DNA of 43,891 bases from Asterionella formosa (Eukaryota): contig NKIB01014399.1 of NCBI GenBank assembly GCA_002256025.1, positions 1 through 43,891 of the forward strand, in the 5' to 3' direction. Under the pieces are notes generated by a model. It made no database searches. It was not told the origin of the DNA and worked only from the letters and a program-made list of their open reading frames with translations. Shown here piece after piece: positions 36,601 through 43,891 of the stretch. Every line of letters begins with the position of its first letter. The first letter of the stretch is position 1. The translations under genes were made by a program, and so were the position numbers.

Positions 36601-39600
36601 AAATGATAGTCCACCCCGTCTCAATCGTTGGATTGGATGGGGACTTGTTAACTTTCGGGCCACTTATACATCGGGAGCCGAACGTGTTTATGGTGCTCAT
36701 TGCCACACCGACGACACTGTAGGCGTTCTGCTTGATTGTGATACCGGCAGGATATCATTCTTCTATGATGGCTTAAAGTATGGTGAGCATATCCTGAATG
36801 ACCTCGGTTGTGCGTTCGAGAATGTTTCTCCGTTTGGTTTCAATGCCGATGGCTGCGGAAGTGGAGGAGCAGGTCAAGGAGCCCCTTCCGCTGTTGAAGG
36901 CGGCCGTGGTGGTCGATATCCTGCTCACGGAGCTGTGAGACCTCGCTCTCTTTGGCCAGTTATTGGTCTACGAAATCCAGGTGACCGTGCCACGTTCTCG
37001 ACGAAGTGGATGACTAGCCTCGGAGTTGACAGCTCGATTACCTTAAAGAATATCCTTGCTGTGGACGAGGTACTTTCTCGTTACGATTTGAAAATAAAGA
37101 ACGGTCACGGTTTTCCGGAGTGGTTCGTTCGAGAATCGTTTCAGGAATTTAAGCGTTGGGAATGCGGCAGATGGTTTAGGACCGAGACTAGAGCAAGCGG
37201 GCCTCATCGACTTTCCAGTTTTGGCCTCGATGTTGAAGTCGACACTTCGCCATTAGCATGCGCTGTTGCATGCGCTGGTCTTGGTCTTCGACGTGCCCTC
37301 CTTCATGGCGACCGTGTTGTTGTGAAACGAAGTGCCGGTCGGATTTTGGAGCTGTCCGAAGAGGCTATTATTCTGGGCGCTTACCAAGGTCGACTGTACT
37401 ACCAGATTGTTTCGCAGAAGAGCGAGGGCGGGAGTCTGACTGAGGGTGGTGGCCGAGCTTGGTTTTGGGATGAAAGTGAAGCTGTCGACGATTCCCTGCA
37501 ATTGGTTGGGAGAGGGCAAGGATTTGATATTGATTTGCCCCTTATTGACCGCTTCACTTGCCTGTCCAAAGGTGGTTTGCGAATAGTTTACGAGGGAGGA
37601 GCTGTCGTAAGGTCGGATATTGAAATCTTTGATCGATCCCAGAATATTGGATCCATCAGTCATGGGGTAGTGATACCTCAAGACGATGTACTTGAACGTC
37701 GTGTGAACTCCTGTGGAGTTGTAAGGTACCGCGTTCGCTACGACGGTGTAGGCGAAGGATGGATAAGCAGTAGAATTCGAGGTGGCAAGGAAGAGCCAAT
37801 TATTGAGCCCGTTCGTGGGGATGCACTCGAAATCGAGACAGAAAGTAGATTCCCTACTCCAATGTGTGCTGCTCAAGCTTGGTACGAGACTTTCAAAAGA
37901 GCAACCCTGAGCGATTCTGGTATTCCAAACGACCAGTCAGAGTACAAACAGCAGTTTAGCATCAAGGATTTAGACGAGTTCAAAGGGCTGATTTCTGACC
38001 TACCAAAAGATACCTCGTCGGCCCAGCTGGACCAAGTGATATCGTCCTTGGTAGGGATAATTGCCGATTTCTCGGAAAGTGGCGATGCCGTCGAATGTTC
38101 GTTTGCTGAAACGACCATGGTGGTTTCATATGCCTTATCATCGATCCACAATAAGCGGCTGGATGCACAAATCGAAGGGAATCCTCAAGCGAATGAGGCC
38201 GCTGCTGCCTTCTTAGTAACTCATAATGTCACTCTTTCTGCAAGAGTTATAGTTGCTCGAATGGCAATTCTTCGCGCATTCAACAGGCGAATCCGCCTTG
38301 CGCTTCCATGGCTTACTGTGAGACCAAGTCAGGAAGGTTCTGCGATTCTGGGAGGTCTCTGTGGTCATGGTGCTTTGGCAGAACGAGCCGGACGTCAAAA
38401 AATTTCAAAGTCCACGGAGCTATGGGTGCAAGTGCCTTCAATAGCATCTAGAATCCGTGACCATCGCGGGCTTGTCTTTGGCAGCGTGAAGCGACTCTTA
38501 CTTGACAGCATCACATTTGCCACAACAACTCCAACTCCTCTGTCCCACGATGAATATGAGCTCCCCCGAGAGATTCGAACAGTGAGAGTAAACCGCTTGA
38601 AGGCGAAGCGAGCAATGGCAGGTTCTGACAATCTAATAAAACGGAAACATAGTGTGTTTTCTCAGCTGCAGAATGAGACTCGAAGTTGGGGTGGGGCGGC
38701 TTTACGTCGAGGCTTTGTTGCCAAGGGCCATGGTGGCCAAAAACGAGCTTTCAAGGTCAAACTGATTGGCGAGGGTGTGAACGACTACTCTGGACCGTAC
38801 CGTGAGGTTTTCACAGATGCTATGCACGATGTTATGGAGTTCGACGAAGCTGGCCGCGGAATTGTTGGTGTTCTAGATCCGACTCCAAATAAGGCTGCTC
38901 AACTCGGTGACAACCGAGATCTTTACATGTTCGCATGGGGTGATGGTGATTTGCGTAGCTATGACGAAGGTTGGAGATCAGAAGAAGAGCTTCGGATAAG
39001 GCGTTCCTTCGCCATCCTTACAACATCTTGTGACGAAGCTTCTCGAGAAATTGGAGAGTCACTCGCTTTCTTGGGTAGATTAGTGGGCACAGCTTGTCGA
39101 CATGGCATCCCAGTTGATTTGCCACTTCCTATGAATGCCGTCTGGAAGGCCATTGTAGAAGAAAAAACTGATGAAATTGAATCCTTGCGTGAAATGGACT
39201 TACTGGCATCACGTCAATTTACCAATTCCCTCGACTCCCCACCTTTGCTTTGGTGGCAGAGACGTATGCTTAATTCCTTTGTCGATGGCATGTCCAATGT
39301 CTTGCCTGTGGAAATCCTCACATTGCTTTCTGGTGAAGAATTACGTGACATCATTTGTGGCAACCCTGATGTTGACGTTGACTTGCTGAAACGAGTTGTA
39401 GAATACGAAGGTTATGAAAAAAATGACCCTGTTATTGGCTTCTTCTGGGAATCTTTGCGCGAAATGACAGGCGACGAGCGTAAAAAGTTCTTACAATTTG
39501 TCTGGGCTCGAAGCCGCCTTCCAAACAAGGAGTCAGATTTTGAAGCACCGTTTAAGATCATGAAGGGAACGGAGAAAACGTCAGATGAATCGTTGCCCAG

Positions 39601-39757
39601 TGCCAGCACATGTTTCTTCTCCCTGACTCTTCCATGTTACTCTTCGAAAGAGATTTTGAAAAGAAAACTTTTGTTTGCTATTGAAAATGTATGTACGATG
39701 GAATCTGATTATGTGACGAACGATGCTGAAATCGGCGAAGGATGGAGAGGGTTGTAA
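24645..39757 (+). CDS. Giant HECT-type E3 ubiquitin ligase (~4993 aa): UIM, 3 SPRY, 2 UBA, MIB/HERC2, HECT
   Basis: Exon 1 24645-24758, phase-0 intron 24759-24889 (GTAAGT...AAG), exon 2 24890-39757 open throughout. UIM-like DLLRQALALSL (~25880); SPRY GVHRWAVRL (~27580), GKWYYEAILETAGCLQIGW (~33100), GVHYWEVKL (~36500); UBA QMAELGLPRSWSELAL (~32265) and QLLEMGFPNRWCTEAL (~32500); MIB/HERC2 VMRGLDW...GTV...VRWD...YRYG; HECT FKVKLIGEGVNDYSGPYRE...LPSASTCFFSLTLP with catalytic Cys. Confidence 0.95.
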
Positions 39758-39863
39758 TTGATGTCGCTGTAATTTTAAATATAAATAAATACATCTGTCT
39801 GCTCATGTTTAGCTACTTGGTCATGAAGCAAATTCCATAGTAAGAGGAAGCAGCACCTTCGGC

Positions 39864-40271
39864 TTAATACCCGATAAGTTTCCTTCCAGCTGGACTTGCA
39901 GTAAAATCGAGTCCTGGTAATTTCAACGACGGAGGACTGTCTGCTCCTTTGACAGTTGTGCCATAGCCTAAAATTCCTGTCTCCCCATTGTCCGCGGATA
40001 TGCTACCACTTAAACCATCAGTTCGATCAGGTTGATCGCAGTAGGACTTGCAATTTTCATTGCAATACGCTGGGTCTTTAGGAGCAATCAACTTGCAGTT
40101 CTTTATGCAGTCAGCGAAGCAGTCAGCTTCAGCTGCGCTCGCCGCAAAAGGTAGACATACAGTCGATACTCCGAAAATCAGAGCTGAGCGACGTGAAATG
40201 ATTGGGTTGTTCGATAGCGACGCCCCTTGCGGGCAAAGAAGGAGGATGGCGAGAACAACTGTTATTTTCAT
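39864..40271 (-). CDS. Small Cys-rich protein, predicted thylakoid lumen (135 aa)
   Basis: Signal peptide MKITVVLAILLLCPQGAS, twin-arginine SRRSAL plus hydrophobic stretch and ASA cleavage motif; mature part has CxxxCxxxC-x10-CxxxCxxxC. Confidence 0.8.
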   Translation of the reverse strand: MKITVVLAILLLCPQGASLSNNPIISRRSALIFGVSTVCLPFAASAAEADCFADCIKNCKLIAPKDPAYCNENCKSYCDQPDRTDGLSGSISADNGETGILGYGTTVKGADSPPSLKLPGLDFTASPAGRKLIGY

Positions 40272-40356
40272 CTTGGCTGATAGCTACGATATGATCATGG
40301 CCAGGTCCTTCGTCTCTCGGTACACATTTATCACATAACAATGATAAGAAGAACCT

Positions 40357-40447
40357 GCAAGTTGTGTTAATTTTGCTGAAACTAAAGATGTAGCTATCTT
40401 TATCCCAGATTAAAAAAGTTTGTTTAAGCAACATGACCGCAACTTGC
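40357..40447. mobile_element. Small MITE-like element, copy 2 (91 bp)
   Basis: GCAAGTTGTGTTAATTTTGCTGAAAC ... GTTTAAGCAACATGACCGCAACTTGC imperfect 26-bp inverted ends; homologous to 17283-17366. Confidence 0.78.
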
Positions 40448-40605
40448 TAGTACCAAATACTCCGTACTCTGTGCCACAGGTCACAGATAGAATAATACCG
40501 GGAACGTAGTCGTAAAAAATTAAACTCCCAGTTAAACCCGTAGTGGAAGCTAGCACTAAGAGTTTACTAGTAAGTACTCCAGTACAGTGCACAAAGCTAG
40601 CGACA

Positions 40606-40708
40606 ATACTGGTACTGGTAGCAGGTACCTGGTACCTGGTACCATTTCTCCTATCGACTGGTACCCTGGTACCTGGAACCAGGTACCAGGGTACCGTAAC
40701 AGGGTACG
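40606..40708. repeat. GGTACC(A/T) array upstream of the lumen-protein gene
   Basis: CAGGTACCTGGTACCTGGTACC and TGGTACCCTGGTACCTGGAACCAGGTACCAGGGTACC. Confidence 0.75.
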
Positions 40709-42399
40709 TGTATGCGGGGAATAAACCATCGCATATATTAGAGTACTTAATATGGAGTCACCACGAGTACATATATTTATGCACTATATTACAGTAAAGA
40801 AAGGATCAAGTCTATTATTGGTAGGTATGTCTATGTATAATAAACATATAACCAAAATGAAGTAAAAACAATCAATGTGTAGCACATATTGAAAAATAAT
40901 GAAAAAAAATGTAACTACAGTAGTATGAAATCATGCATCTGTGTAATAATAACCTAAATACATACTAGCTGTGTATGACCACCAGTGTGATGATCAGCAG
41001 ATATCAATTGATTGGCAATCTAATCTGTGGCACTGATCTATCTGGAATATATACCTCATACATTTTGTCAATTTACAATGTGGCAGTGAAAAGAATGCAG
41101 CTCAAAGTAGGGTAGTCATCATATCCCACACAACACTTTTCCAAACAAAATACCACTCCACCTTTCTTACTCTATCCTGCACAACCCTTGTAACATTTTT
41201 AGCTACCATGCAAACCTAGTTCCAAATTTGCTTTCCTACCAAAGAACAAGTAGTTTTTGGTGTAACAGAAAGACTACAATATTGACAGAATTGCTTCCTC
41301 CCTCCTACCTCTTCATTGCACATCCTGCATCATTTCTGTTGGTTCATCAACTTGATAATTGTGGAAAACTTCTTTCTGGACTCTCAATCATCAAACTGCA
41401 TATTTTTCACTCCTTCTACTACCAATAATACTAGTAGTCAGAAGTCAAAACTCCTTCAAGATGAGAGTCGATTGGCTGATGTCATCCACCTTACTTTCAA
41501 AACTAGGCGACATTGCATCTCGATCTGCTGGGAGTACAACCTAAGTATAATTTGGTGGTCAGGGGCAGTATTCCTAAAGTTACTTTGCTGCAACAAATGC
41601 CAACAGCAGCCCAAAATAAAATTGTCTGCCCTATCGTCTGCAAATAAAAGCCATCATATTACTATGATGCATCATAGGATTATGATCATCTGATCATACT
41701 TTTTCGTTGTATCAGCATCTAATAATTTTGATAAATGCCCTCGTAATTTAAATAGTAACCCTTTTGACTATGGAAATTTAATTTTTATATGTATTGTTTC
41801 TTTTAGTTTCCTTTATTTAAATTTCTTGGTAGGATAATGTACCAATTAAAGTAATGTGGTTTGGCTCATCATCCTTGCCAATCCTCACTATGATTCTTGC
41901 AACAACGAGGACAAAGCAGCCATGTCGAGAGGAACGACTTTTTGTGATAAAATCTTCATTTGTCGTTTAAGTCATCATATTTCTTCAATTAATCATCATC
42001 TACATTGCACAGTATGTTTGTATGCAATCCGTTAAGAGCTTGAAAAGAAATCCAATGAAAACGAAATGGCTCATCACGCAAGACGAATATTCCCGGTCTG
42101 TCACTGGAGCATCGATCAGTGTTACAACCTAAATTATAGCTAAACAACAACCTCCATTATAGAACAGCACAATCTACTTCTCTGTAACATCGTCTCTCGA
42201 ACAAGAACGTAATACATCTAGAATTGAAGCACAGCATAGCAGACAATATGCACAAAGAAGCATGGCTGAGACTGTAAATTTTTAGTAACAGAGTGATTCT
42301 GGTTTCGTAATTTTCATGTCTCATCAGATTTCCTTTGTCATCGTACTAGTTCTTTACCTTTGACAACAAGAGCGTATTCTTTGATGTATCTGGAATGGT

Positions 42400-43260
42400 T
42401 CAATGGATGGCAGCAGTTGGATTTAGACACAAACCTCGACAAAAGCACTACTTTGTAGATGTTCATAAAAAGCCAGACACTTTGGCCTATCAACCACCAC
42501 CAGCCAGTCTATACTGCAAAAATGTAAGAAGCTCAAGTTGAATGCCCATTTATTGATTCAAGTTTCAGCAGTGCAACAATGTAAAATATTAGAAACCGGA
42601 AGTAAAATTTCATCTAATTACTGTTTTCATTAGCTATACTAGCTAGTATTGATTGAGAGGAAGCAATGATAGAATGCCAAACAGGCGGGGGCAAACAAAG
42701 AGAATCCTACTAAGCAAGTTTTCTCCCCAATGATCCCAGACCCTTCTTTAATGTCACTTGCTACAGAAAATGGAGAACAGCCGACATGATCTGTTGATTG
42801 TTGCTGTATGGTGCCACTGAGGACCAAAACCTCCAGAAAGCTCAATGAGTTGCTTGACTTGAATGCAAAAGGGATCAAAACCAGTGGAAAAATCAAAAGG
42901 GAACTAAAAATGCTCTACAAAAATCAGGACAATTGTGAAAGAGAAATGAAGGTTCTTGGGAGGAGAAGTAAAGGGATAATTGCTTCTGGTCTTGCGGGAA
43001 CAAGAATAGATTGACCCAAACAATGTTGACAAATAGGTACCCATGGGAAAAGGAAGCAATGCTTTCGGCATCATCAATCTAGCTATACACAAGCCTGCGC
43101 CACCTGAAATCAATATAGCTACCTCAACTTCATCAATGAAAAAGTCAATGGGTGGAGCATGTGAGGAAAATCGGGGTTGAGGTTTTCTTGACGCCAACGT
43201 GGGCCTGATTGGCTGAACTCCTTGCAGATGAAGGCATTGAGTAACCTGGGCCTGTGAAGC
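42400..43260 (+). pseudogene. Second decayed transposase of the same ITm-type family
   Basis: WMAAVGFRHKPRQKHYFVDVHKKPDTLAY (42404-42490, the YxDGHE block), IDPNNVDK (~43010), IGVEVFLTP (~43170-43196), AELLADEGIE*/WAC (43212-43255, equivalent to ELAGEGIEYxWAC). Heavily frameshifted, middle deleted. Confidence 0.75.
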
Positions 43261-43412
43261 CGAAGGATAGTAAAGAAAAATCTATGACAAGGGTGGTGAG
43301 ATAGTGTTTAGGAGGGGGGAGCAAAAGTTATCATAGCTGAACACATTCGAAACTCGTATAGACAATAAATGGTGGCATAACCTTGGCTGCTCTTGGCCGA
43401 AAGTTGCTGAAG

Positions 43413-43613
43413 GCAATACACGCCCGAGGTGGTCTCTTGCCTGCGAGTATACATGTGTTCGAGGCTGGGTGGCGCGAGTAGGTTGACCGTACGAGTGGCG
43501 CCCCCGGCGCTGCGAGAAGGTCACCCTACGAGTGCCATCCCAGCCGAGTACACATGTATACGAGAAGGCAAGTAGCCGCCGAGAAGGGTATTGTTGAGGC
43601 AATTCCCGCTCTA
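43413..43613 (-). repeat. Element B copy 4 (43413-43594) plus 16-bp stub of the element A terminus (43598-43613)
   Basis: Reverse complement of 1395-1578, preceded by TTGC-TGAAG and followed by TGA-GGCAATTCCCGCTCTA, then unrelated sequence. Confidence 0.9.
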
Positions 43614-43891
43614 CCGGTATGGATGTGAGAAAATTTCTTCCATCCTACCGGTAGTCTGTCTGTATGGATTTTTATATGCCGGTATAAATAACAACATAGC
43701 GGTACCTGATGAGTTTATGAGAACAAAAACCTCCAAATACAGATATAAATAAATATAGTCATGGATGAATAAATGCAAAAGATTTATTATATATATATGG
43801 TGATGAGGATGAGGATGATGATGGTGCGATGACAACACAAGAAACACCTCACAAGTCCTCTGATGATCATCATCATGGCGGTGATCGTTTT

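Noticed and set aside
25237..39609. Many antisense and alternative-frame ORFs of 60-213 aa within the HECT gene
   Set aside because: Expected shadow ORFs of a long coding sequence; no recognisable motifs.

Overview
Eukaryotic nuclear DNA, most likely from a diatom or related photosynthetic stramenopile (short GT-AG introns, bipartite plastid-type presequences, a Tat-type lumen presequence). There are six intact genes: an M23-peptidase-domain protein, two convergent paralogous amino-acid transporters, a SAM-methyltransferase-like protein, a ~4993-aa SPRY/UBA/MIB-HERC2/HECT E3 ligase and a small Cys-rich putative thylakoid-lumen protein. They are separated by repeat-rich, decayed DNA. The most striking signal is an apparent tyrosine-recombinase (Crypton-like) mobile system with three parts: a recombinase pseudogene (~1600-3077); a ~1.9-kb non-autonomous element A with 25-bp terminal inverted repeats; and a ~184-bp element B that folds into a rod hairpin in which ten same-strand CTCG words face each other in five pairs, giving tandem G.A pairs on one strand only. 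The units are joined through ATTGC-N4/5-GCAAT sites. Also present are two decayed IS630/Tc1/mariner-type transposases (one inside a 6.7-kb interval bounded by ~70-bp inverted repeats that also encloses the intact methyltransferase-like gene), a small MITE, a tRNA-like/hairpin-rich segment and tandem duplications. All family assignments come from motif recognition by eye; no searches were run.
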